Below the pieces are notes generated by a model. The model did not search any database. It had not been told where the DNA came from and was given only the letters and a program-made list of their open reading frames with translations. This document shows, in pieces, positions 1-7,778 of a stretch of 20,124 nucleotides of DNA. The position numbers were made by a program, and so were the translations under genes. The first letter of the stretch is position 1. Each line of letters begins with the position of its first letter. This DNA is from Planktothricoides sp. SR001 (GTDB lineage: Bacteria > Cyanobacteriota > Cyanobacteriia > Cyanobacteriales > Laspinemataceae). The DNA is taken from NCBI RefSeq assembly GCF_001276715.1, contig NZ_LIUQ01000077.1:3476-23599 (forward strand), read 5' to 3'.

Positions 1-21
1 ACACCCTACACCCTACACCCC
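1..21. repeat. Heptamer tandem repeat (ACACCCT x3), truncated at the window edge
   Basis: Direct reading: acaccct acaccct acacccc. This is STRR-like short tandem repeat typical of filamentous cyanobacteria. Confidence 0.5.
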
Positions 22-32
22 TGCCCCTCTCC

Positions 33-434
33 TTAACCCAAGAATGATTTTACCAGCAGATACAAAGGCGGTAACAGCAAACATCCCGCCACCGTAATCG
101 CCGCAAAAGATGAAATCAGCACTGCTGCTGCTGCACAATCTTTGGCAATTTTAGCGAGTTGGTGGTACGTTTGCTCAACGGTGAGATCGACTAATGACTC
201 AATGGCAGTATTCAAAAGTTCCATTGCCAACACCGCCCCAATAGTCAGAGTAATAATAGAAATTTCCACCAAACTCACTTGCAAAAAAACACCCAGGGCA
301 ATTGCCGTGGAACCAATAATCACATGGATCCGAAAATTGCGTTGGGTGTTAAAGGCATACTGTACGCCTTCCCAGGCATATTTAAAACTAACAAAAAGGT
401 TACTGGCTACTTTCCAGGAAAATTCCCGTTTCAT
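33..434 (-). CDS. dgkA: Diacylglycerol kinase, prokaryotic DgkA family. An in-frame upstream extension to 638 is possible.
   Basis: The translation from the internal Met at 434 ('MKREFSWKVASNLFVSFKYAWEGVQYAFNTQ...ELLNTAIESLVDLT...LAKIAKDCAAAAVLIS') matches E. coli DgkA blocks (GYSWKGLRAAW; EILNSAIEAVVDRI; RAKDMGSAAVLIA) with 3 TM helices. The 68-aa in-frame N-terminal extension is S/R/P-rich low complexity and is probably not translated. The gene lies downstream of ybeY, the conserved ybeY-dgkA arrangement. Confidence 0.75.
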   Translation of the reverse strand: MKREFSWKVASNLFVSFKYAWEGVQYAFNTQRNFRIHVIIGSTAIALGVFLQVSLVEISIITLTIGAVLAMELLNTAIESLVDLTVEQTYHQLAKIAKDCAAAAVLISSFAAITVAGCLLLPPLYLLVKSFLG

Positions 435-689
435 TTTGGCTGTATCAGGCGATCGCCCCCAAGAAGTATTGAATTGTGGCTGTGAGTCTTGCCGTAGTTC
501 TGGTCGTGAGTCGTGATGTTTTGCGGCTGCTTCAACAGATGGCGCCGGGGAAAATCGCGATGTAGGGGTGATACGCGCATCACCCCTACTGTTTCCATTG
601 TTGCTGGCAGACGACTTATCGCGTTGATCTAGGGTCATGGCTTTAAAAGCATCTCTATAGGCTATTGGGTCTATCTTAATTAACCCAGT

Positions 690-1232
690 CTATATGCTGC
701 TATCAGTAATATAAGTGTCCTGGGGACCGAAAACTGTCAAACCAACCGCCTGAAGCAAAATTTCTTGTTGCTCCAGCATCTCGGTTAAACTTTCTTCATC
801 CGGGTGATCCCAGCCCAACAGGTGCAACAAGCCATGAGCTGCTAACCAAGCCAATTCGGTGGTTAAAGAATGCCCTTGTTTTTCCGCTTGTCGCTGGGCA
901 GTTTCCACGGAAATCACAATATCACCCAGATAAAGAGGAATCTCCGATATTAACTCATCCGGCTGAGGGCAATTTACCTCTAAAGCCGCAAACGATAACA
1001 CATCAGTGGGTTTATCTTGCTGACGGTACTGGCAATTTAGATGTTGAATTTCCTCATCGTCACTCAGACGTAACGTTAACTCATATCCCGATGCTTGGGG
1101 CAAGTCCGCTTCAAGGCGATCGCACCAAATTTCTAACCAATTTTGCCAAGTTTCCAGATCGATAGTTTTGTCAGGAATTCTTGAAATTTCGGTTTCCCAG
1201 AAATTGTCCTGCACATTAATTTCTAAATTCAT
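690..1232 (-). CDS. ybeY: Endoribonuclease YbeY (rRNA maturation factor). The alternative upstream Met at 1274 gives 194 aa.
   Basis: It has the C-terminal metal-binding motif '[14 protein letters not shown]' (H-x3-H-x5-H, UPF0054). Its ~180 aa size fits YbeY, which typically starts 'MNLEINVQD...'. Confidence 0.85.
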   Translation of the reverse strand: MNLEINVQDNFWETEISRIPDKTIDLETWQNWLEIWCDRLEADLPQASGYELTLRLSDDEEIQHLNCQYRQQDKPTDVLSFAALEVNCPQPDELISEIPLYLGDIVISVETAQRQAEKQGHSLTTELAWLAAHGLLHLLGWDHPDEESLTEMLEQQEILLQAVGLTVFGPQDTYITDSSI

Positions 1233-1288
1233 CGAGGGTTTTGTTACTCCTGCATCCGTTACCAGTACCGTCATGTCACCGACCTAAA

Positions 1289-1507
1289 TCATCGACCTAA
1301 ATAGGCAACCCCAACCAGAAATGCTAACAGACCAATGGTTGTTAGCGCAAAATGCTTTAAAGAGGTTCTGCCTTTTCGCACCATATTTCGCATCGCGAGT
1401 TTGACATAACTCGGTGGCGGTTCTTGGGTTGCGGGGTTTGCCTCTGTCCCAGGGGCAACGGTTTGATTTTCTACGGTGATTTCTTCAGAAGAAGATGGTT
1501 GACTCAT
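1289..1507 (-). CDS. Small hypothetical protein with a C-terminal TM anchor. The longer ORF call to 1675 runs into the repeat tract.
   Basis: The 72-aa ORF starts at the ATG at 1507, 'MSQPSSSEEITVENQTVAP...KHFALTTIGLLAFLVGVAYLGR', and ends 14 nt before the ybeY start, so it may be co-transcribed. It has no recognisable family. The upstream in-frame part of the 128-aa ORF is low-complexity translation of TG-rich repeats. Confidence 0.35.
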   Translation of the reverse strand: MSQPSSSEEITVENQTVAPGTEANPATQEPPPSYVKLAMRNMVRKGRTSLKHFALTTIGLLAFLVGVAYLGR

Positions 1508-1537
1508 TGATTGATCTCGATCGGGATAAAGGATAAT

Positions 1538-1730
1538 TTGGTTGTTTGTTGATTGTTGTTTGTTGATTGTTGTTTGTTGTTGGTTGATTGTTGTTTGTTG
1601 ATTGTTGGTGGGTAGGGATTCTATTGTTGGTGGTTGACAAACAACAAACAACAAAGAACTAAGAACAAACAACAATCAACCAAAGAATCCCTACCCAACA
1701 AACAACAAATAACAAACAACAATCAACTAA
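1538..1730. repeat. Mirror-symmetric short tandem repeat tract: TTGTTTG/TTGATTG repeats followed by their complement AACAAAC/CAATCAA repeats, with embedded inverted 13-mers gggtagggattct (1610-1622) and agaatccctaccc (~1684-1696)
   Basis: Direct reading of the sequence. The tract is largely self-complementary and could form a long hairpin or cruciform. It lies immediately 3' of the prfB stop (1727-1729). Confidence 0.8.
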
Positions 1731-2843
1731 TTATTTACAGCGATTTGATTTTCCTGACGGAGATAGGCTTCAATAAAATCATCGATTTCCCCATTCATCA
1801 CATCAGTAATCGCGGTGGTTTCTACGCTAGTGCGTAAGTCTTTTACCAGTTGATAGGGATGAAAGACATAGTTACGAATTTGGTTGCCCCAAGCTGCTTC
1901 TACCATATCGCCGCGAATTTCGGCAATTTCCGCTGCTCGTTGTTCTTGGGCAATCACCAATAATTTAGCTTTCAAGAGGGTGAGGGCTTTTTCTTTGTTT
2001 TGCAACTGCGATCGCTCCTGGGAACAACGCACTGCCAAACCTGTGGGTACATGAACTACCCGCACGGCGGTTTCTACCTTGTTCACATTTTGCCCGCCTT
2101 TGCCCCCAGACCGCGAGGTGGTAATCTCCAAATCCTTATCGGGAATGTCCAATTGCACCGAGTGATCCAGAATGGGCATCACTTCCACCCCGGCAAAGCT
2201 AGTCTGTCTTTTGCCGTTGGCATTAAATGGCGAAATTCTCACCAATCGATGAGTGCCTTTTTCTGCTTTCAGATAGCCATAAGCATAGCGCCCTTCTATT
2301 TCCAAAGTAGCGGATTTCAGTCCCGCTTCATCTCCTTCGGAAATTTCCATCAAATGCACTTTATAGCCTTGGTTTTCACCCCAACGGGTGTACATTCGCA
2401 GCAACATTTCTGCCCAATCCTGAGCATCGGTGCCCCCAGCGCCTGCATTAATCGTCAAAACAGCCCCACTTTCGTCATAAAGACCAGAGAGTAACTGTTC
2501 CAACTCCCAGCGATCGAGTTCGTGATTTAGCTGAGTAATATTGGTGTGGGCTTCACTCGCTAACGATTCATCATTTTCTAGTTCCAGAAGTTCAAAAATC
2601 GCTTTTGTATCTTCTAAGCGATTTTTCCAGCGGTAATACTGCTCTAGATGTGACTTGAGGTCATTGAGTTCTTGCATCAACTGTTGAGCATTGGCTTGGT
2701 CATCCCAGAAGTCGGATTGGGCTGCCAGTTGCTCTAAGTCGTGAATTTTTGCGTTTAAGGCGGGAATGTCAAAGATAGTCCTGGGTTTTCCCCAGGCGAT
2801 TCGACAGGGTTTCGACTTCGCGTTTAATGTCTACCAATTCCAT
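1727..2843 (-). CDS. prfB: Peptide chain release factor 2 with a programmed +1 ribosomal frameshift (frame 0: 2843..2772, in-frame TGA at 2771..2769; shift to +1 at CTT-T|GAC; +1 frame: 2770..1727)
   Basis: The downstream ORF carries the GGQ motif ('[17 protein letters not shown]') and RF2-type body. The upstream frame-0 ATG at 2843 encodes '[24 protein letters not shown]' and ends in TGA. The site 'AGGA C TAT CTT TGA C' is essentially identical to the E. coli prfB shift site (AGGGGG UAU CUU UGA C). The six-frame ORF track only reports the post-shift part from a TTG at 2680. Confidence 0.9.
2769..2790 (-). promoter_or_regulatory. prfB autoregulatory +1 frameshift cassette: SD-like AGGA, slippery CUU, in-frame UGA followed by C
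   Basis: The minus strand reads ...CCCAGGACTATCTTTGAC... The UGA-C is a weak stop context, and an internal Shine-Dalgarno-like element sits 4 nt upstream of CUU. Confidence 0.85.
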
Positions 2844-3055
2844 AAGCTTCAAGAAATCTAATGAACCTCTTTTGTCTTTATTATAAGGAATTTACCATGA
2901 GCGATCGCACCTAATTGATTCAATGACAAGAAAAAATTCTCTCCAACGCGATCTTATTTTTGCCCGCTAGTGAGCGGGACGCCGGGGAGCCAGGGCGCCG
3001 GGGAGCAGAGGCGAAAGAATTTGGCTAATGCGATCGCTCCCGGTGGTGAAGCTTT

Positions 3056-3088
3056 GTCAATAAAAAGGACAAGGCCAAAACCTTGTCC
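3056..3088 (-). terminator. Rho-independent terminator for the BI-1/YccA-family gene
   Basis: The hairpin ggacaagg-ccaaaa-ccttgtcc (3067-3088) is followed on the minus strand by ctttttattg. Confidence 0.6.
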
Positions 3089-3131
3089 CGCGATCGCTAA
3101 TGGGCGATTAATTACGGATTAATTGCGCGAA

Positions 3132-3860
3132 TTAATTCCGACGATTCAACGCAATCAACAACCGCAGAATAAACACAAACAGGTTGATATAGGTCAAATA
3201 CATTGACAACGCCGCACTGAGATACTGGTTATTGCGGTAAGTGCGAGGCAGAACATAAAAATCCACCACGGCACAACCACAAAACAACAGCACCCCAATC
3301 CCAGAAATGCCAATTTCTAGCCAGGTGGGGGTATAAATGCCAAAAAAGCTCAACACAAACTGGCTTAAAATCACCACCACCAGAGCAATTAACCCTAATT
3401 GGACTGTTTGGGTCAAAGCCATTCCGTCTTCATCAGAAATATTTGACCCAATTTGACGGGCGGCAATAAAGGTGACACCGCAGCCCAAGGCGGCAATTCC
3501 TACCCCTTCAATACCTACCCCCTGGGTACTCAGGGCTACATAGACCAAGCCGGACAAAGTGTAGCCGGACAGCAGGCTATAGGTGGCTAACAGAGGCAGG
3601 GCGACGCTATTGTTGGCTTTTTCGGCTACTCCACGCACGATGAAAAACAGCACCAACTCCAGAATTAACGCACCCCAGAAGGTGGTCATAAACATTCCCG
3701 GATTGGTCTGTAGCACATTCAAACCGCCATAGGTTCCCAGGGCGGTTAAAATTAGACCGCCGCCCACAAATGGCAAGGCTTTGGCGATTACCTGGGGGCC
3801 GACCAGAGATTGCCCTCTGGCGTTATCGATCGCTTCACGGAAATTACTGGTATTGCTCAT
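3132..3860 (-). CDS. Bax inhibitor-1/YccA family integral membrane protein (putative FtsH modulator)
   Basis: It is ~240 aa with about 7 predicted TM helices. The C-terminal block 'ALSMYLTYINLFVFILRLLIALNRR' matches the BI-1/YccA C-terminal signature (E. coli YccA 'TVSLYVSLYNIFVSLLSILG'). Confidence 0.65.
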   Translation of the reverse strand: MSNTSNFREAIDNARGQSLVGPQVIAKALPFVGGGLILTALGTYGGLNVLQTNPGMFMTTFWGALILELVLFFIVRGVAEKANNSVALPLLATYSLLSGYTLSGLVYVALSTQGVGIEGVGIAALGCGVTFIAARQIGSNISDEDGMALTQTVQLGLIALVVVILSQFVLSFFGIYTPTWLEIGISGIGVLLFCGCAVVDFYVLPRTYRNNQYLSAALSMYLTYINLFVFILRLLIALNRRN

Positions 3861-4137
3861 ATCCGTTTTTGATGGTTAATTGACATCTATGTTTTTATAT
3901 ATTAGACCTCTGGCAAAATACCGGCATGGATCCCACCCAACCATTAAAAAGGCTTTCTTGTCTATTTTCTATTGCTTGAACCAGAAATATCCGCAAGGGC
4001 GAACCATGACCGTAAGCAATTTCTGTTTTTAACCATATTATTATTATCCCTGTTTTGGAGATGATTGTTGATGGCTTGAAAAAAACTGAGTAAAAAAATT
4101 TAAGCAAAAGATACCGGAGATGGAGGAATAAGCGGTT

Positions 4138-4944
4138 TTGGCACAATCAAATATAAATCAACCTGAATTAGTCGGCGATCGCCCCTCGGAGGCTGTACCG
4201 AAACTAGCAGCGATCGCCCTAAGCAAAAAATTTGCTCAATTGTCAGTATTAGAAAACATTAATTTTCAAGTTGATGCCAATGAATTTGTCTGTATTGTCG
4301 GGGCATCCGGTTGTGGAAAATCGACTTTACTGAATATTATTGCTGGATTGATGTCGCCCACTTCTGGACAAGTGTTATTAGATGGCGAAATAGTTTTCGG
4401 GCCGGGGTCAGACCGAGGGATGATTTTTCAAAATTATTCCCTATTTCCTTGGTTAACCGTGGCGGATAATATCGGCTTTGGTTTAGAACTTAGAAAAATA
4501 TCTTCGGCAGAAAAAAAAGACCGAATTAATTATTTTTTAGAGGTGGTAGGTTTAAGCAAATTTGCCCAAGCTTATCCCAAAGAACTGTCTGGAGGGATGA
4601 AACAAAGAGTGGCGATCGCCCGGTCTTTAGCCAATCAACCAGAAGTGTTATTAATGGATGAGCCTTTTGGGGCATTAGATGCCCAAACCAAGGAACAAAT
4701 GCAGCAATTTCTCTTGCAACTCTGGCAGCAAACCCACACCACCATTTTAATGATTACTCACGATGTTGAGGAAGCCATATTTCTGTCCCAAAGAATTTAT
4801 GTAATGACCGACAATCCCGGTAAAATTAAACAAGAAATTCCCATCACATTGCCTGGAGAGCGTGATTTAGAGATGAAACTTTCCCCGGAATTTCTGGAAA
4901 TTAAAAAAACAGTGATTCACTCACTGCGCGGTGTATCTCCGTGA
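4138..4944 (+). CDS. ABC transporter ATP-binding protein, NitT/TauT (nitrate/sulfonate/bicarbonate) family
   Basis: It has Walker A 'GASGCGKSTLL', signature 'LSGGMKQRVAIARSL', Walker B 'LLMDEPFGALD' and H-loop 'ITHD'. The probable TTG start has GGAGGA 14 nt upstream. No permease or substrate-binding gene is adjacent. Confidence 0.85.
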   Translation: MAQSNINQPELVGDRPSEAVPKLAAIALSKKFAQLSVLENINFQVDANEFVCIVGASGCGKSTLLNIIAGLMSPTSGQVLLDGEIVFGPGSDRGMIFQNYSLFPWLTVADNIGFGLELRKISSAEKKDRINYFLEVVGLSKFAQAYPKELSGGMKQRVAIARSLANQPEVLLMDEPFGALDAQTKEQMQQFLLQLWQQTHTTILMITHDVEEAIFLSQRIYVMTDNPGKIKQEIPITLPGERDLEMKLSPEFLEIKKTVIHSLRGVSP

Positions 4945-5025
4945 AAAATTTAATCTATTAATTATCGAAAAAATGTAATTAATGGTATAATTAAATCATT
5001 CCAAATTCAATAATTTTTAATCAAG

Positions 5026-5910
5026 ATGACTCAGATAAAATATCCAGTAAAAAAGGCAGTAATTCCAGCGGCTGGGTTTGGCACCCGACTCTTTCCCGCT
5101 ACCAAGGCAGTGAAAAAAGAACTGTTTCCCATTATAGACCGGCAAGGGCAAGCCAAACCCGTAATTTTAGCCCTGGTTGAAGAAATGATTGATGCCGGAA
5201 TTGAAGAAATTGGGATTGTAGTTCAACCCGGCGATCGCGCCATATTTGCGGATTTTTTTCACCAAACCCCAGAATATTTTGCTAAACTATCTCAGGAAAA
5301 TCAAGCATATAGCCAATTAATCCAAGAAATAGGCGATCGCATCACCTTTTTGACCCAAGAAACCCAAGATGGATTTGGTCATTGTGTGTATTGTGCCAAA
5401 GACTGGGTAAATAACCAGCCGTTTTTGCTTTCTTTGGGGGATCATGTTTATCTCTCAGACACAGATATTTCTTGTGCGCGGCAACTCTTAAATATTTATG
5501 AACAAACCGGGACAAGTGTAGTGGGATTAACGGTGACTGCCGCTGAAGAAATTCATCACTGTGGTTGTGTGGCTGGAACCTGGCAAGAGTCGAACACTTT
5601 ATTATCCGTGACTGAACTTGCTGAAAAGCCAGATTTAGAATATGCCAGAAAACATTTATCTATAGAAGGTATCCCTCAAGATTCATTTCTCACCATATTC
5701 GGCCTTTATGTGTTAAACCCCAGAATTTTTGACTATTTAGAAGCGAATATTACCCAGAATATTCGGGAACGGGGTGAATTTCAACTCACCTCTTGTTTAG
5801 AACAATTACGTCAAGCAGAAGGAATGCTCGGATATCTGGTAAAAGGACGGTCTTTTGATATCGGTAGACCAGATGCTTATAGACAAACTCTGATTGATTT
5901 TCGTGATTGA
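5026..5910 (+). CDS. galU: UTP--glucose-1-phosphate uridylyltransferase (GalU-type sugar nucleotidyltransferase)
   Basis: The N-terminal motif 'KKAVIPAAGFGTRLFPATKAVKKELFPIID' matches GalU '[30 protein letters not shown]'. The ~294 aa length also fits. Confidence 0.8.
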   Translation: MTQIKYPVKKAVIPAAGFGTRLFPATKAVKKELFPIIDRQGQAKPVILALVEEMIDAGIEEIGIVVQPGDRAIFADFFHQTPEYFAKLSQENQAYSQLIQEIGDRITFLTQETQDGFGHCVYCAKDWVNNQPFLLSLGDHVYLSDTDISCARQLLNIYEQTGTSVVGLTVTAAEEIHHCGCVAGTWQESNTLLSVTELAEKPDLEYARKHLSIEGIPQDSFLTIFGLYVLNPRIFDYLEANITQNIRERGEFQLTSCLEQLRQAEGMLGYLVKGRSFDIGRPDAYRQTLIDFRD

Positions 5911-5935
5911 TTTTCGGGCTAGTTAAACTACCTAG

Positions 5936-6260
5936 AAACCAGAGCCGAGAAACCGGGTTTCTACGAGCGCTTTCACAGTAGGGGCGACGAGCGCATTCGC
6001 CCCTACATATCCACAACAGAAACCCGGTTATTTCGGGGACAAAAAAGCGCGATCGCCTACCCTGAACCGAGAAACGGGGTTTCTTTTTTGGTTTCTAGGG
6101 GCGACGAGCGCATTCGCCCCTACATATTCACCACAGAAACCCGGTTTCTTTGCTTGGGGGAAATGAGCGATCGCCTGTAACTCAGAAACCAAATTTTTAC
6201 CCCTGATTTAGGTCAATAGCCCAAAATGAAATGATCCGAAAACCCGGTTTTTTAGGTTTG
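5936..6260. repeat. Cluster of three MITE-like nested palindromic elements: outer inverted repeats agaaaccgggtttct, inner hairpin ggggcgacgagcgcattcgcccc
   Basis: The 30-nt core taggggcgacgagcgcattcgcccctacata occurs identically at 5979-6008 and 6097-6126. The terminal inverted repeats gaaaccgggtttc / gaaacccggtttc flank each unit. A third degenerate unit lies at 6184-6255. The tail ctttgcttggggg is shared with the 8397-8580 cluster. Confidence 0.8.
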
Positions 6261-6271
6261 TGTTTAATCAA

Positions 6272-7375
6272 TCAATTAACTCCTGCTAGTTCTGCGGCTT
6301 GAATTTTTAAAACATTCTGCAAAATATCAAAAAATGTCTGTTTGACCTTCAAGAGTAAGGTGCAATTTTCAGCATCCAGGGTTAGGGATTTAAACCACAA
6401 CTCACAGGTTTCTCTGAGGGTTTCGAGGTGTTGACAGAGGAGATTGGGAGCCAATTCTTTGGCACTCTGTTCTAGGATTTGGGGAGTAGATTGGAGTTGA
6501 TGGGTGAGGGTGAGGGTGTGAGGATTGTCTCCTGGGTTTTCAGATGAGGATGGGGGGATGGCAGTGATTTGCCATTGGTCGTTGGTGTCCAGTTCAATAA
6601 TGCCCTGTTGAGCGGCACGTTTTAGGAGGGCGCAACAACGAGCATGGGTGGCTTGAACACGATAAAGGCTATCAGCCGGAGTGGGTTGTCCGGCGGTGCT
6701 AATATTAATCGGAGCAACGCCGGTTAAAGGAACGCGGAAACTGTGCCAACGCAGCGCATCCATACCGATCTCTTTGATGAGTTCATCCGTGGCGATGTCG
6801 GGAATAGGATGGATTTTTTGGCTGGGTTTGTGAAAGGCGTAGAGTTTGATCGGTTGAACGATGATGAATTGAAATTGCTCTTTGGTGTAGCCCAAGCATT
6901 GCATCGCGGCATTGATAAGAACATCATATTTGCCATAGTTAGAGGGACGTAAAACGATGATTTTGTCGCAATGTTCTTGCAGAATTTGATCATAAATAGC
7001 AAGGTCTTTTAGGAGTTGGGTATATTCGCCGTTACGGTGTTGGAGAACTCTGTCGCAGTCGTCCCTAAAGTCGGCTGTTTTGATAAACCAGTCTTTGGGT
7101 TCGTCTTTGAGGGTGGTTTGTTCGATATCGGGGGGTAAGTCGGCGGCGAACTGGCGCGACATCGAGGCTTGGTAGATTTTGGAATGGGTTTTGAGGGTTT
7201 TAAGGAAGGTTTCGGGGTTGGGGGTTGGTTTGGGAGGGGCGATCGGGGTGTGGTTGGTTTGTTGGAGTAGGCTTTTGAAGGTGCCGGTGAAGGTAAAGCG
7301 CAGATCGGCTGATGAGGTGAGTTGCTCTGGGCGGATGGGTAGAGTATCGAGGTAGGTTAGGTGTGGTTTGGTCAT
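6272..7375 (-). CDS. DALR anticodon-binding domain protein: an arginyl-tRNA synthetase C-terminal-half paralog with an unrelated Pro-rich N-terminus
   Basis: 'IIVLRPSNYGKYDVLINAAMQCLGYTKEQFQFIIVQPIKLY' matches ArgRS 'YVLGADHHGYIPRLKAAAKAMG...VLLIQLVNLY'. 'GMDALRWHSF' is the DALR motif itself. 'SLYRVQATHARCCALLKRA' matches 'PVYYVQYAHARICSILRKA'. There is no HIGH/KMSKS catalytic N-terminal half. Confidence 0.7.
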   Translation of the reverse strand: MTKPHLTYLDTLPIRPEQLTSSADLRFTFTGTFKSLLQQTNHTPIAPPKPTPNPETFLKTLKTHSKIYQASMSRQFAADLPPDIEQTTLKDEPKDWFIKTADFRDDCDRVLQHRNGEYTQLLKDLAIYDQILQEHCDKIIVLRPSNYGKYDVLINAAMQCLGYTKEQFQFIIVQPIKLYAFHKPSQKIHPIPDIATDELIKEIGMDALRWHSFRVPLTGVAPINISTAGQPTPADSLYRVQATHARCCALLKRAAQQGIIELDTNDQWQITAIPPSSSENPGDNPHTLTLTHQLQSTPQILEQSAKELAPNLLCQHLETLRETCELWFKSLTLDAENCTLLLKVKQTFFDILQNVLKIQAAELAGVN

Positions 7376-7517
7376 AGCGAAGTTTTGGGGTGATGAGGGT
7401 TAGGTCGGATCAACTTTCTATTTTTTTGTTTGGTGAGCCTCTTGCCTGTGGCCTATTTTGCCTTGATTTAAGATATAACTGGACTAGACCAGTCGTACAA
7501 TTTTGTCAGGAGGTTGA

Positions 7518-7778
7518 TTGATGAATAAAATTACCGTAGAAGAAATTACTCAAGATTTGAACTACTATCTTCAACGGGCAAAAGCTGGAGAAAGTTTTGT
7601 GATTTTTCAAGCAGACCAACCTATTGCTAAAATTATTTCGGCTAAATCTGAGGGTGTTTTAGAGGCTTTTGATGATTTTCGCTCCAGAATTATTTCAGAA
7701 GGAATTGATTTAGATGGCGATGAAATCTTTGCTGATGTTCGGGACTACACCCCGACTACTGAAAAACCTTGCTGGTGA
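7518..7778 (+). CDS. Type II antitoxin, Phd/YefM (prevent-host-death)-like
   Basis: It is 86 aa with an 'MNKITVEEITQDLNYYLQRAKAGESFVI' N-terminus like Phd/YefM antitoxins. Its stop overlaps the toxin start (TGATG). Confidence 0.65.
   Translation: MMNKITVEEITQDLNYYLQRAKAGESFVIFQADQPIAKIISAKSEGVLEAFDDFRSRIISEGIDLDGDEIFADVRDYTPTTEKPCW

Noticed and set aside
142-516. Plus-strand ORFs of 124 aa and 68 aa (279..485)
   Set aside because: They lie entirely antisense to dgkA and show low-complexity translation with no motifs. They are typical shadow ORFs.
2000-2494. 164-aa plus-strand ORF
   Set aside because: It is antisense to the well-supported prfB coding region, so it is a shadow ORF.
2880-3130. 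Possible tRNA or other structured RNA gene in the 290-nt prfB/BI-1 intergenic region (several G/C hairpins, e.g. cccgctagtgagcggg and ccgggagc...gctcccgg)
   Set aside because: No T-loop (GTTCRANYC) or cloverleaf could be assembled. No tRNA-like sequence was found anywhere in the window. The hairpins are more simply terminators or HIP1-associated palindromes.
3895-4146. 83-aa minus-strand ORF in the divergent intergenic region
   Set aside because: The region is AT-rich, and the translation is Ile/Phe/Lys-rich low complexity with no start context. It overlaps the promoter region of the ABC ATPase gene.
5786-6016. 76-aa minus-strand ORF
   Set aside because: It overlaps the galU 3' end in antisense and runs into the MITE-like repeat, so it is spurious.
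6724-7002. ORFs 6724..7002 (-) and 6743..6952 (+)
   Set aside because: They are alternative frames inside the DALR-domain gene.
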